Source: Zancudomyces culisetae HAW-14-8
Taxonomy: Eukaryota > Fungi > Kickxellomycota
Reading direction: 5' to 3'
Assembly: GCA_052426225.1 (NCBI GenBank)
Contig: JBNJNM010000006.1
Location: 1,178,001 to 1,242,000 of the forward strand
Length of the DNA stretch: 64,000 bases
The position numbers and the translations under genes were made by a program. Under the pieces are notes generated by a model. The model did no database searches and was not told the DNA's origin. It worked only from the letters and a program-made list of their open reading frames with translations. Positions 33,694 through 47,161 of the stretch are shown here, piece after piece. Every line of letters starts with the position of its first letter. Position 1 is the first letter of the stretch.

Positions 33694-35501
33694 ATGAATC
33701 GGGAATTGCTAGGTACATTTATTTTGCAGGCTAATTTGAATAATAGCAATAAAAGTAAACACTGAAATTTAAATCATGACTTGAATTAGATCCGTTCGAG
33801 CCAGAGTACCCAGAAAATATCGAGGTAACAGTTGAGGATAAAATGGCAAGTGTGTGTGAGTTTAATAGGATGGGAAGTCTGTTCGCAGTGGGAAAAACAA
33901 ACGGCGAATTGAGTATTTGGGATTTTGACACGCTAATAAAGATCAAAACGTTGAAATACTCCGAGTTTGAAATAAGCAGCGTGAGGTAGGCTATTCGGTA
34001 TTCTATTAGATGGCCATGGCGTTATGTATGCTACTAAACCAAGCTTTTGTTTTTGTTTTTGTTTTTGCTTTTGCTTTGTTTTTTCTTGGAAATGGAGTGG
34101 TATTACAACAATAGTATATAAAACACTTAGACTCAATCATAAATGCATATATATATACATATAAATATAAATATAATTGTAATCATATAGTTGGTCAGGG
34201 ACTAGTCAATACGTAATGGCAGGAAACAGTAGAGGAGAAATGATAGTATGGGATCTCAAGACGGATAAAAGCGAATATATATATGATTTCGGGTCTAGGA
34301 TTTTGAGTGCAAAATTCCATCCACTAAAAGAGTATGTGACTAAGAAAATATGGAAACATAATGCTTTTTTGTATTGAGAATCAATAAACAAGGAGTTTTT
34401 TTAAAAACCAAACGGTGGATATTTTGAATAAATCGAAAAATAGAAAGCAAGGATTTGTTTGTATCGAAAGACAAAACCCAGTATTTATAGAATTCGAGGG
34501 TGAAGAGGTGGTTGTAAAACGAATGAAAACGGTAGAAATAGATATAGATGTAGATGCAAACGCAAATGCAAATGCAGATACATTGAATAAGGTCGAAGAG
34601 TTGAACTATGATAGTAAAAGTAAAAGTAAGGGTAAGGGAATGGGAATGGGTAAGGGTAAGGGTAAGAGTAAAAAGGATTCAATGTTGGGGACAGGTTTTG
34701 TGTATAGCAAAGATGGAAAAGAAATAGTTATGGGAACGACAAGTGGAGTGGTGTATGTGATTGATACAGAACAGAGGGAAGAAAAGGGTAGCAAAAAAGT
34801 TGGAAACAGTGCGATTATACAGGTAGAAGCGAACCGGTATGACTCAGGTAGGCAGGTGAGGGAGGTATTGGTTAGAAGTTCGGATCGGACAGTTCGGGTG
34901 TGCAGTATAGAAAAAGATAGTGAGGAGGTTGGGGGAGATGAAAAAGTGAAGATACAGGAAGTGACAAGAATTCAGGACGCGATAGCGCGGGTCAACTGGA
35001 GCAGTGCGCAGTTTAGTACGGGAAGTGGCGAACTGATAATTACAGGTACACAGCAAAAAATGGAGCACAACATATATATATGGGACAAGTACACATCACA
35101 GTTGGTAAAGATATTGTACGGGCCGAGCGAGTTGCTGGTGAATATGGCAATCCATCCGGTCCGGCCAATTATAGCAAGCATTTCCGAAACAGGCAAAATA
35201 CACGTGTGGACACGAATAGCAACGCAGAAATGGAGTGCACTGAGTGGGAATGGGTTTATACAGATTGAACAGAACGTAGAATACGATGAACCAGAAGATG
35301 AATTTGATGTGGTTAATGAGGTCGGAGATTGTAGTGGAATCAATGGTAGGCAAGCAAAAGAATATAACAACCAAGGGCAGGACAAAAGCGAGGATGAGGA
35401 AATTATTGATGTTGAAACTGTTGAGCCGCTTTATGGAATCGATATAAATCTTCCTGGATTAGCACCTCAAACCAAGTTTTTTTATCCACCAATATCGTTT
35501 G

Positions 35502-35509
<8 letters not shown>
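33694..35509 (+). CDS. SWD1: COMPASS WD40 subunit Swd1/RbBP5, multi-exon
   Basis: MNRELL|DPFEPEYPE, HNIYIWDK, LVKILYGPSE, WSAL...IEQNVEYDEPEDEFD. Confidence 0.9.

Positions 35510-35535
<26 letters not shown>
35505..35535. repeat. (ATTG)n microsatellite overlapping the SWD1 stop codon
   Basis: About 7 tandem copies. Confidence 0.9.
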
Positions 35536-35679
35536 AATTAGTTAAAGTAGTAATTTGGTTTTGGGATAAACCAAAAAAGGTATATTAAAACCAAAGGATC
35601 TGTATAGTGTATCATTTAGTCTTTGTTTTTTTTTTTTTAAAAAACAAAAAGTTAATATAATAAAGACAAGAAAATAAAA

Positions 35680-35744
35680 CTAGGCTAAGGATAGAGAAAT
35701 ATTGTTTTTGGATAAAGTAGTAAAAGACCAAGAATTCCAAGAAA

Positions 35745-35778
<34 letters not shown>

Positions 35779-38179
35779 GGTAGGGGAAGGAGTACTGACA
35801 CTCGTCTTAGAAGTATCGGTAGAGATATCAGCCAACACGTCAGCACATTCAGACAGAAGTGAGGCAAACTGATCAATGAGATCAATGGAAATTTTAGATT
35901 TTTGATGGAAAGAGTTGACAATCTCGGCGTTAGAAACATTCGAAATGAAATAGGAGGTGGAAAGATGTGGAAGGGCAGTAAAGGCAAAGTGAACAAAGGG
36001 AAGAGAGCAGCAGAAATCCAAGAGGTCGGAATGGGAAGTCAAAAAAGTATGCGAGATTTTGTTTTGCAAAAATAAGGACAGTAGAGTGGCTTGGATCAGC
36101 GAGCCGAGAGAGTCAATAACCAAGGAAGCAGCAGAAAAAAAGGCGAGATAGTCACGGTTGATGAAGAGTTTGGGCAAGGCAGAGTTGGTAGTAAAAGCCA
36201 AAAGACAAGCCAAACGAGATCGCAATAGATTCTGTTTTGGGTTAGTATCAGGATGAGAAGAAGGAGGAGAAGAAGAGGGAGAGTTGTAGCAAACAGACCA
36301 AGGAGAATTGGATAAACAAGAATGCTTCAATAGAATCAAAGCAACCAAAACCAATTCGTCAAAGCCATTAAGTGCAAGCAAAGCAGGACTGGCTTTAGAA
36401 GAAATAGTAGAAGCCAATTTAGCAGCAGCAGTAGAATTAGAATTGGAATTAGAATTGGAAGAAGAATTGGAAGAAGAAGAAGAGACAAGGCCTAGCTGAC
36501 AAAGACAAGTTAGCCAAAGGACAGCGCGGATATGAGGTTTTGACGACAAGAGATCAGAGGTATTGGAGGAGTGAGAAGAATTTACCCAAGCAGACCAGTT
36601 TTCAATACAATTGAACATGTTAAGGTCAGACAAAGAGGAGCAGGTAAAGTTGTTGAGGTTGAGGGAAATAGGATAGACTACATTTTCAACTAGACTGGAT
36701 TTCTGGCCTGAAAGATAAGCCTTGTAAGCCGCAGCAGCAGCAGCAGTAGCAGCATTTCCAGCAGAAGGAAGTGCATCGCAGCCAGTGGCCGACTCTGCGT
36801 GGTGTAAATTATACGAAATTACGTTTTGCTGGCCTTTGGGTTGTGTTTGCTGCTGACCTTTTGCCGAAAACACATATCCATACGCCGTGATTCGACGTGT
36901 GCGGTAGAACGGATGCATGTGTGGCGTACACAACGCCAACCCGCGCGAATACAACGGCACCACCACATCCTCAATCAGCCGCCGGTACTCATCACTCTCT
37001 CCTCCGTCCAGTGGCGCTTGTATCTCGCAGCTGCCGCTTGCTAGCATATTAAGCATTCGCATTTCGACAAGCCCAGCTCCAGCCACTGCATACATAATCG
37101 GTGGCAATGCATAGTCTACCACATTGTGTAGGTCGGACGGACTACTTTCGTGGTTCATCGCTTGCACTTTTCCACTTTCTTCCATAACCACATGGTTCAT
37201 GATCAAGCTGCGTGACCGGCAAAACTCTTCCGTATATTTTTTAACCTTTTCGCGGCTTAGCCGGCTGGCATTCTGTATCAAATTAATACCATTTTTATAC
37301 ATCTTCAGCCCCGCTATCAGCTCGCTTACACTCTTCAATCCTTCCTCTTCCTTTTCCTCTACCGGAAACGAGCTGTTCCAACAATTTCCCAACATCACAT
37401 TTAAATCCAAAAACTGCTCTGCCGAGTCCAACCCCAAACTACCTATTATACTAGCCTTTTTAACAAACTCAAACTTCCCCTCGCTCGCCTTATGTTCTAT
37501 AATCACCTGGTCTATATCAAACACCAACGCCTTCAAATCCCCATATACCGCCTGTATCATTTGCTTCTCTTGTCTATACATATAACTCAACTGCCCTCTG
37601 CTGCTATACGGTGCTCGAATATACTCCACCTTCAACCTATCCAATTCCATCATCACTCGCCTCACCTCTTTTTCCTGCTCCTCCTTTATCTCCTCCTCAC
37701 TTCTGCTCCAACTTACTCTCTTAATGCTCCGTCCCAAACTCTTGTTTTCCCACTCCGTAACCCTCATCCCCCGGCTGTGAACACACCGCCCAATTCGTTC
37801 GCGCTCTCTGTCTATTCCTTTGCTAATCTCTATTCCATCAAATACCACTACCACATTCACCTTGTTTTTCTTGAAGTATTCCACCTCTTTCCGAACTAGC
37901 TCGGTAATATCCACCCCTCCCTGCTCCTCTACATTTCCCTCCGTTTTTTCGTATGCTTGGCTGTGCTTTTTAAGCTGCTTTATCCAATACCCTCCCTCGA
38001 TCCCCAAATTAATTCCCTCCAACTCCTTTATACTACCATCTTTTTTATTTCGCTTGGAATTAAGCAGTGCTATTTAGATTATATTTATATTTTTTATTTT
38101 TTAAGCTTCTTCTCCCTTTCTATCTATTGTATCATTTTATCCTTATGATGTTCTTACCTTGAAATACATTGTATTCCAT
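35680..38179 (-). CDS. MKT1: Mkt1-like XPG/PIN-domain post-transcriptional regulator; short first exon predicted at 38179-38158
   Basis: LGIEG, VVFDGI, IRAPYSSRGQLSYM, AVYG, PSDLHNVV, APLDGGESDEYRRL. Confidence 0.8.
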
Positions 38180-38667
38180 TTTGAAATTCAATATCCTTTT
38201 ATACTACCTAAATTTTATATTTACAATCCTTTTTAAAGCCAGGCTTATAGTTCCCTTTCGTTTCTCAAGTATAAATGCACAATCTATTAATATTCTTGGT
38301 TGCAACTATATAAACATATATTCTTTCCAAAATTTCCCACTTATTGTCCTTTTTAAACCTCAATAGCTAAAGCCAGCATTAGAAAATAATAAACAAAAAA
38401 AAATAATAAATTGTGTTTATTTTACCCTTTATTTTCTATTTATGTTTAACCAATTCATTTCGCTTTGTTTGATTAATTCCATATATTTGGAATTTCTGTA
38501 AAATCATAGTGTACATTAATTTATTCTTTACTAAAAACTTTTATCCCTCCTCCCATACTTTGACACTTTGTATATACACTGTATTATACTTTTAGACTAC
38601 CATTTGAATAGTACATTCAATTCTTAATCATGTCTCGCACTAAATCCATACGAACAAAAACCCGCAA

Positions 38668-41169
38668 ATGATACGAAACGAAATGTATACGACAAAAGAG
38701 TTGGAATCGGAATATCTTGCCGAACTTGAAAAGGTATTACCTTCTCGCCCTCTCTTCTTCTTTTTTGGGGAGGGGGGGGGGTTACTTTTATATTTATCTA
38801 AACTCAACAATCTCTATAATAATAATCTATCATACTATTAACATTAATATTAATAATATACTTGATTGAACTGTTTTAGCACAACTTTACTCGGCGCGAT
38901 AGAGCAACAGAAGGACGACTTGCAAACTGTGTAGGCGTGATAGATGCCTTTGAAGGACCCAATAAGACTTCTAAAGACGATTTTCTAATGACAATAATAG
39001 TCAAGGAACCAGGAATGGAACTTAATCACATGCTCATGCTTTTCTATAGCAATTTGAACAAGTTTCCTAAAAACGTCAAGGCTGGTTCCACACTGATTGC
39101 TCTTCAAATAAAGGTACTTGGTTTTTTGTTTTTTGTTTTTGGCGATATCTAGTTTAGTTGTATTATTTTCGTGTGATTTAATCAAATAAACTTCCCTCCC
39201 AACCTTACCACTACCACTACCAATACCAGTATAATTACTCATTAATATATTTTAGGCTTATGGATCATGGAAAAACAAACACAAGTCTTATACCAACCAC
39301 CAATCCAAGATTTTCGTGTATCACGAAAACGACTATTTATTTCGAGACACTGTATACAATCCCATTATCAATGTTATCACAAGATACTACAAACTGGAAG
39401 ATCAAATCCAAATTCCTACCTCTGGGCAGTTTTTAAACAATACAAATACGTTCAACAGTGGTCAGAAATTACGAAATAATGACGCGACCTTTAGTGCCCA
39501 CACCAACCTCAGTTCTGGCACTGTTGATAGAAACCAGAAGAATGCCACCACTCAACAACAACGTTCTGCAGAACTTGTCATAAGTACCAAGCCGGTTCTT
39601 AATGAGGAACGCGTTGATCATGTCGAAAACAGTCTCGGTACTGTTTATAGTACTAAACCGACAAGAATACATGATATATCATTAAAAACAAACAAGGCTA
39701 CAATAGTGGGACAGGTGGTTGACGTTTCCAGATATACAAATGAAAGTGGAACTGTCATAATGCGAGCCAAGGTGACTGACTACTCGCTAAACAAATACAA
39801 CTTGGACCATACTTCTGAAATACAAGAACCATTATTAGCTAGACCCGAGTACCAGCCACACCAGCAAAAACAACAAAAACAGCAGCAGCAGCAGAAACAA
39901 GGACAGGGACAGGGACAGGGACAGGGCCATGTTGACAACTTTCAACCTAGATGCTTTTTCAAGGATTTGCAAGTTGATGAATCGATCCACATATCCAATT
40001 ACAATAAACTAACAGGATGCTACGAAGGTCTTCAAACAAAAGTAGATGAAACAGATTCTAAGAAAAAGGATGCCAAAAGAGGAAAATCGAAAACCAAAAA
40101 ACGGAGTATAAGAACCGAATATTTGATTGACTGTGAAGTAATAATTACTCCAAATAGCAAAGGTGGCAGAGGCAACGATTATAAAAGCCAAGAGGAAATG
40201 GTACAAAAAATAGAAAAGGAAATACTTGTGCTTGGCCAGGTTGTCATCATGTATTTGGGGCGAATATCCATCAATGATACAAGAAATGGAATTGTATATA
40301 GAGTATATATCAGTTGCAACAACAACAACAGTGACATGTTTGGTATTCGTAAAGTACCACCAGATAGTTTGATGTATCACCAAATTGTAAGGAACCAGGC
40401 TACCTTTAGAGATAACTACGCGGTTGTTGGGAATATTGGTGGATCCCACGGTAGAAAAAGCAGCTATATAGTTATTGGTCCTCGCGAAAGGTTGAAATAT
40501 AAACTTGAAATTATTTTGGAATTGAATGAAAATAAGCTAACCAGGTTGAATAGCCAACTAGTACTCGATTCCTGCAGCCATAAAAATGGAAAATCGAAAT
40601 ACTCGACTTTATCACACATATTATCTCTGACTTTTTCAAATCGTCTTTTTTTGGTCTATGGGTTTATTAGCTCAATTAGTCCTCGAAATTGTACCGATTG
40701 GGTAGTCTTGGCGTGTCCAAACTGCTACAACAAACATTTACAGATTGACAATGATGCGCATATTTCTACCAACCAACACTGTCTTTTCTGCGATTGTAGT
40801 AGTTCAACTGATATTTACACAAACGGAACTGATGTTATCGGCCAAAATTCGCCACAATGTGTGTTCATGATAGATATGTTGGTTACCATTTCTGATGGTT
40901 CCCATGAACTACCAGTTCACCTAAGTTCTCCTGATGCCGAAGAATTCTTCAAGGTCCCCACTGAGCTTAGAAACGATAAATCGAAACTATTGGAGTATAT
41001 ACATAGCAAAACAGATCTGCTAGAATTTTTCATTGAAAATCTTATATACAACAGCAATCCAACTTCATCTCTATTTTCCGACTGGTGCATCTGTTCTTTT
41101 TCTAATAGTTCACCATCGTCACATAATATTCCTTACTACAAACTTATCAATACCTCATTAACCTTTTAA
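38668..41169 (+). CDS. POT1: POT1-like telomere ssDNA-binding OB-fold protein, about 3 exons; start uncertain
   Basis: NCVGVIDAFEGPNKTSKDDFLMTIIVKEP (OB1-like); C-terminal CPNC...CLFC and VTISDGSHELPVHLSSPDAEEFF. Confidence 0.7.
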
Positions 41170-41530
41170 AGCCAGGGTATTGTGATTCACTTGTCTTTTT
41201 CTCTCACTTCCTTCCTTCCCTCTTTTTATTTTATCTATTTTATATCGTTTCATAATCCAAGCTGGTTTATTCATGATCAAGTGATTTTCTAATCGACATT
41301 TAGTACTATTGGGCAAATATTTAATCTATATCGTTTTAACACAAAAATTGCTTCAACACTCATTGCTATGTAACAAAAAATAAAAAACAACATTAACCTA
41401 ACCGCTCTTCCACTCTTGTCCTCTTTCATCCTCTCCATCTTCTTCTTCCACCACCATTACCACCACTACCAACAACATCAACAAGAAAACAAGAAAACAA
41501 AAAGAAAAAGAACCACGTTATAATAATTCC

Positions 41531-42979
41531 TCATGAAAAGTTTGTCTGCAAGTATTCCACAAAGAGATTTGGAATAGACTCAACGGTAATTACATTACTT
41601 CCTTTGCTGTTCTTGTTTATCGAAATGAACTGTTTCCGCAACTTTCGAAGCTCCATGATGTTTAGCTGTCTACTATTGGTGGGATACTCAAAGTATTTTC
41701 CCACAATATTACCCCCTCTTGTTAATACTTTATTTTCTTCCTTTTATATATATATATACTATACATGTTTCTTTTGAATTCTTTTATTTATTTTTTTGTC
41801 TGTATATAAATAATGCCCAAATAATATATACAATTACTTATCTTGACTAAACTACCAGGAACACTAGTCTTGCTAATCATCCCTCCGCTCTTTCTTTGCT
41901 CCTCGTATATATGATCAACTATCTGCTTTGTTATCATATCGAGCTGGTACAGAAAATTTGTCTCGCTCACACTACTAACTGCTGTTGCCAGATTTGGCGG
42001 TGCTGCCTTCTTCAAAACTATCGATTCCCAAATCTTCTCGTATGGCAACTCTTCACCCGGTAATACTAAGTATAACGGACTATCCCATTTCGTAGTTCCC
42101 GATGGCTCCTCATATCGACTAACTAGCTCCTCGAATCTACAATTATATTTTATATTGTCCATATGTTGTATTTACATTTGTATCCAAGTATGTATTCTTT
42201 TATAAATATTTCTATTTGTTTTGTTTGTATTACGTTTCGGCACTATAGCACCCTCCTGTCTGCTCTTTTCCTTCTGCAATATTTCTATTGTTGTTTTCCG
42301 TAGCCGTGCTTATTGGACAAGCTGTATATACCTAAAAGTCCAAATTGCAAGTATTTGTCATTACCCAACCAAATACATCCCCCACCCTCTTTTCCCATCT
42401 CCTCAAAATGTACTAATACTATGTATAATGTGATTGACTTACCACACAATGTGGTGTCCCTATGCTCCTGGCTACACAAAACAGCTGATATCTGAATCCC
42501 TTAATGTAGTTCAGCGAATCTACAATCAATATCTTTTCTTTGCTCAGTTTCCTCTCCACTGCCGAAATTATTGTTCCTCTGTTTTTCTTTTCTTGATTCG
42601 TATCTATCATATCACAAAATTCAACTTTTATAACGTACTTTTATCTTTACATTTAAAGTGAAACAACAAAAAAAAAGAATAAATTCCTTTTTCTAACCTT
42701 TAATTTACAATTTACATTCTCTTGATAAAATAAAATAAAACAAAGCTGTATTAAGTATCAGACACACATTAGCTACTAGGAATAACAGGTAATCTAGAAA
42801 CTCGACCACATACCTTTATAGGAATCTCGAGTCACACCCAAACTTGAATCACCAATTAATTCTACTGAAAGCTTGGTGCCTTTATAATCCTTTATTTTAT
42901 TTTCAAGCCAAGCCAAAAGCTCCTTGGCCCTCGTCGACTTGCCCGAAGATGGGAATCCGCTCATCATTATTAGTGGCAT
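41531..42979 (-). CDS. KTI12: Kti12, Elongator-associated P-loop protein, multi-exon
   Basis: MPLIMMSGFPSSGKSTRA, DSLNYIKGFRYQLFC, RYEEPSGTTKWDSPL, ELRKLRKQFI. Confidence 0.95.
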
Positions 42980-43282
42980 TATCGCTTTTGTAGTTTTTGT
43001 GTTCGATTTTCGATTTTCGATTTTCAAGATTTTCAAGCTTTTCCTCAGTTTGTTTCTCGATTTTAATATATTGAAAGATGTGTTCACAAAAAAAAAATTA
43101 CAAATTTGATTTAATTTCAAATATTAAAGAAAACCAAATTAACTACCACAACAAACTCATAATTGGACGGAAAAGCCACTCAACAACCAGAGAAGGTATA
43201 TCAAATAGTTCAAAGAAAATAGAGTACTAAATATATGAATATAGCAGCAGTAACATGGAATCAAAGATTTCTACGGCCAACC

Positions 43283-44257
43283 CTATTCATAACAGCTCAG
43301 GTCTATAAACATCAGCTTGTCCACCTCTATTTTCAAAATACATAAATTGTAATGTTTAGCTTTTGTTAATTACTATATCTCCAGCTTTAAATCCATTCTC
43401 ATGTTATGATTGAATAAATAGATATGATACAAGATAATTAGAAACATACTTGTTCTGCAAATAGGACACTTTCGTGACTCCCTCAAAAATGCAGGCGAGC
43501 AACTTTTGCATATACACAAATGTCGACATGGTAGCGCCATCACAGTACTCGTTTCTGAAAGACACACTACACACTCCTCCAACGCGGTTGATTCATGGCT
43601 CCCAACTTCGTGACGATTGTGATCAGCGGGGGCCGCGCCTACTGAATGAGATCCTGCATCTGAGGCTGGCATTGAGACGTCAACCACGGATACATTTGGA
43701 TCGAACCGGTTACTTAAACCAAAGATTTCATACTGCGTAAAATAATTTCCTTTCAGTCTAAGCTTCTGGCCAACCAGTTTAAGCTCAGGATTCCTAGTAA
43801 CCACATCCAATTTTATATCAAAAAAGCTGATCTGGTAATCTGGCAACTTGTCTTCATCATCTATGTAATTAAATGTATAACAGATTCATTACTAGCTGCA
43901 ATAAATAGAGTGTTTTTTGAAATTTGCTGAACCCTGTTTCAGATTCATCGCCTTATCCTTGTGAACCGAATCAAAAACCAAAAACCAAAAACCAAAAACC
44001 AAGATAAAAAACACTGATTACCGATTATCTGCTGCAAAACAACCGTCAAGCCATAAAGGTTCATCTTTTCTACTTCATTCTGTTTTCCACTCGTCTTTCC
44101 GCCAGATACAACCTTCTTCCCTGGAGCGCCCAAGTCTTGGAGTTCGATTTCTTGGTGCTCCTTAGTCTGCTGTGGTTCGCCTTCTGCCTCGTCAAACAGT
44201 CTGTTACTCTGCGTTTGACTTCTCTCTCGGTTCTCGTTTGTTTGCTCTTCTTCTTCT

Positions 44258-44288
<31 letters not shown>

Positions 44289-45372
44289 GTTCTTCTTGTT
44301 CTGCTTCATTTTCTGGGTTTTCATTTCCTCCCTGCTCTTTTTGCTCACGCTCTCCATCAACAGCTAGCTCCCCAATATCTATTACTACTTGGTTGTCCTC
44401 GCTTGTGTTGGTAGGTAAACTTTCCAATATCCCCTTCATGGGGTATCTATCAGAGCTCAAATATTCTGGGCCAAACCTAATAGTTTGATTCATTCCTGGG
44501 CCCAAGGATATGGTCCGATTGTATCTCTCTGGGACTAGTGAAATTATCCTATTAGGGGAGTTTTTTTAAGTATAATTTATTATACACATCGTACATAAAC
44601 ATAAAAAACAACCCGATACTAACCTTGGACTTTTAGCAGTTTTATTTCCCACTTCTAAATTCGAAAGCCAATAAAAGGTCGCTTTCAGAGGATATATAGT
44701 ATCCAGCTTCAGTTTTAGTCCGTATTCTTTTATACTTTTTTTGTTATCATTTCCGACTGTCAAAATAGCTGCTGAATCTCCTCTTAAATTTATCCCGTTT
44801 GTTACAACTGTACAACTCTCTTCATTCTATTTAGAATTATAAATGCTGGCTTAGCTTCCGGTATTATATAAATTACAATATAACCAATAGATCGACGCTT
44901 ACCTGCGGCGCCAATTGCACCTCTTCAATGTTTTGGTTTACAGGGATTTTATACTTTGGGTTAAATAGCAACCGTTGATTTACCAGCCTTTTACCATTTA
45001 CCGCATTCTGGCGCAAAAATCCTGTGGCTTCAGCAATGTTGTTCTGTCTTGAAATCTGGCTTGAAGAGCGATGGCTTCTGCCCGTCCCATCATTAGTTTC
45101 TGATCGATTCATTGTGTTGTTTAAAGATCTTTCTTCTCTAGCATTTTCCTCTCCAAATGTTGTTGCCACCACTCCAAAAAGGCCGTACCTAATACTTATT
45201 CGTCCAAAGTTGCGGACAGTTCCTTGCATATTCCTTTTATCCTCTTTTATGACTATTTCTATCTTCTTATCCCTACCATACTACTACTCGTTTTTTATTC
45301 TTTGCATTTATTTTTTGTTTGCTTGTTCGTTTGTGGTGCTGGAGGGTATTTACTCTGTTGTTCCAATCCCAT
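43283..45372 (-). CDS. MGRN1/RNF157/LOG2-like RING E3 ligase, multi-exon; 5' structure uncertain
   Basis: QKL....YEIFG, CVVCLSE...LPCRHLCICKSC...CPICR; VTNGINLRGDS; candidate MG start at 45372. Confidence 0.8.
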
Positions 45373-45722
45373 TTTTTATCTGAAACTAATTATATTTTGC
45401 GTCTTTATACCTGTCTACCGAATAAATAGATGAAGTCCCTTAACCAACGTATTATTGGCAAGTCACTTTGGTATAACGTAATTATCAATCATTTAAACAT
45501 TCTTTTTTTTTCTTTCTCTTTTTGGTTTGTTGTGTTGCAAAAGCAAATGTGCAATTTATTTATCAAATTAGATATTGGCACTCCATGTCAGTATAACAAG
45601 TAACCCAACCTAAATTAAAGATTGTTGCATCAACATATCTTTTAATAAATAATTCACCAGCTTTGCAAATTGTACATTCAAAATCCCTGAACCAAAAAGT
45701 AATAATAACAAGAATAGTAATA

Positions 45723-46949
45723 ATGAACGCCAAGAGCTTTACCACAAAACTTCTCACCCCGGCAAGTATTGCACTCCGACATGGACAAAAATATCGACCC
45801 TTCCATGCTCGAAATTTTAAGGCAAATCCTCTTTAACACTTTTACTGTACTCATCTACTTGTATTAAATATTTCTCGCGTGTCTTTAACTCATAAATTTT
45901 AAAATGCCTACTTAAATAGCTAGATGCCCTCATTCCAGTCGTGGTAGAACAAACGGTATGTTATCGATAGTGTAGTTGATTCCATAAACGATTACTAGTA
46001 TGTTTTATTACGAGTCTTTGTGGCTTGCTTTGAAAACACCTCACGCTATTTTGATTTTTTATTTCATTTGCGCATTTGTATAGCCCAGAGGAGAGCGTTC
46101 GTACGATATTTTTTCGAGACTGCTAAAAGAGCGGATTATTTGCCTCAACGGACCAGTAAGCACAGTTTCCACTACTACATATATGTGCATATTTTTTTAT
46201 TATTTCATATAAATTCAATCATCCCAATCTAAATTTGTTTATTTTTTTTTGCCAACGCAAAATCAACCCAGGTACATGATGCGGTTGCCTCGATAGTTGT
46301 TGCCCAGCTACTGTTTCTGGAATCTGAAAATCCAGAATCGCAGATAAACTTGTATATCAACAGCCCTGGAGGTAGTGTTACTGCAGGGATGGCAATATAT
46401 GACACTGTAAGCCTTCCTCACTCATATTTTGTCCGGATATATTTAATATGGATCATTATTTCCATTGTATCAAGAATGATTGAACAATATTTCAAATAAA
46501 CTAATGTAGATGCAATACATCCAAAATCCCATCTCAACTGTTTGCATGGGGCAGGCTTGTTCAATGGGATCACTACTTTTAACTGCCGGTACTAAGGGCA
46601 AGCGTTATTCTCTGCCACACGCATCAATAATGGTTCATCAGCCTAGTGGTGGTGCTGAAGGTCAGGCCAGTGATATTGCAATCCACGCAAAGGAAATTTT
46701 AAAAGCCAGAGATAGGTTAAATAGAATTTACTCAAGACATACGAATCAAGATATCTCCGTGATTGGTAAGTGTTTTTTTTTTCTCATTCATGGGAGAGTT
46801 AGTCTATTTTATAAAGAATATCTTTTTTATCATAGTTTCTTTTGTAACATTTAATAGAAAGTGCCATGGAACGAGACAATTTTATGACACCTGAAGAGGC
46901 CTTAGCTTTCGGACTAATCGACGAAGTGATTGCAAAACGGAAAAAGTAG
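45723..46949 (+). CDS. CLPP: Mitochondrial ClpP protease, multi-exon
   Basis: [66 protein letters not shown]. Confidence 0.95.
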
Positions 46950-47161
46950 ACATTTATTATTACTTTTAAATCGTCTCGTCGTTGTTTGTTCAGCTCTGAT
47001 TTATCTGTAGCAATTTATTATCACATATTAAAGTTTGTGTGTAGTCTAAACCGTGTTTAAAAATATTTCTATTGGATATAACTTTTGTTCAATAATTTAA
47101 TTTGATTATTCTAAACCAGCCGACTCACAAAGAATGTATACATGGGAAGTTTGAAAAGAAT

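Noticed and set aside
35745-35779. (GTT)n tract and other short repeats in MKT1, POT1 and the RING gene
   Set aside because: Ordinary coding microsatellites (poly-N, QG, poly-E)
41531-42979. PSTK or selenocysteine machinery
   Set aside because: Motifs (MPLI, IKGFRYQLFC, RYEEP...WDSPL) are diagnostic of Kti12; the only in-frame stop seen in a host-type gene is TAG, not TGA
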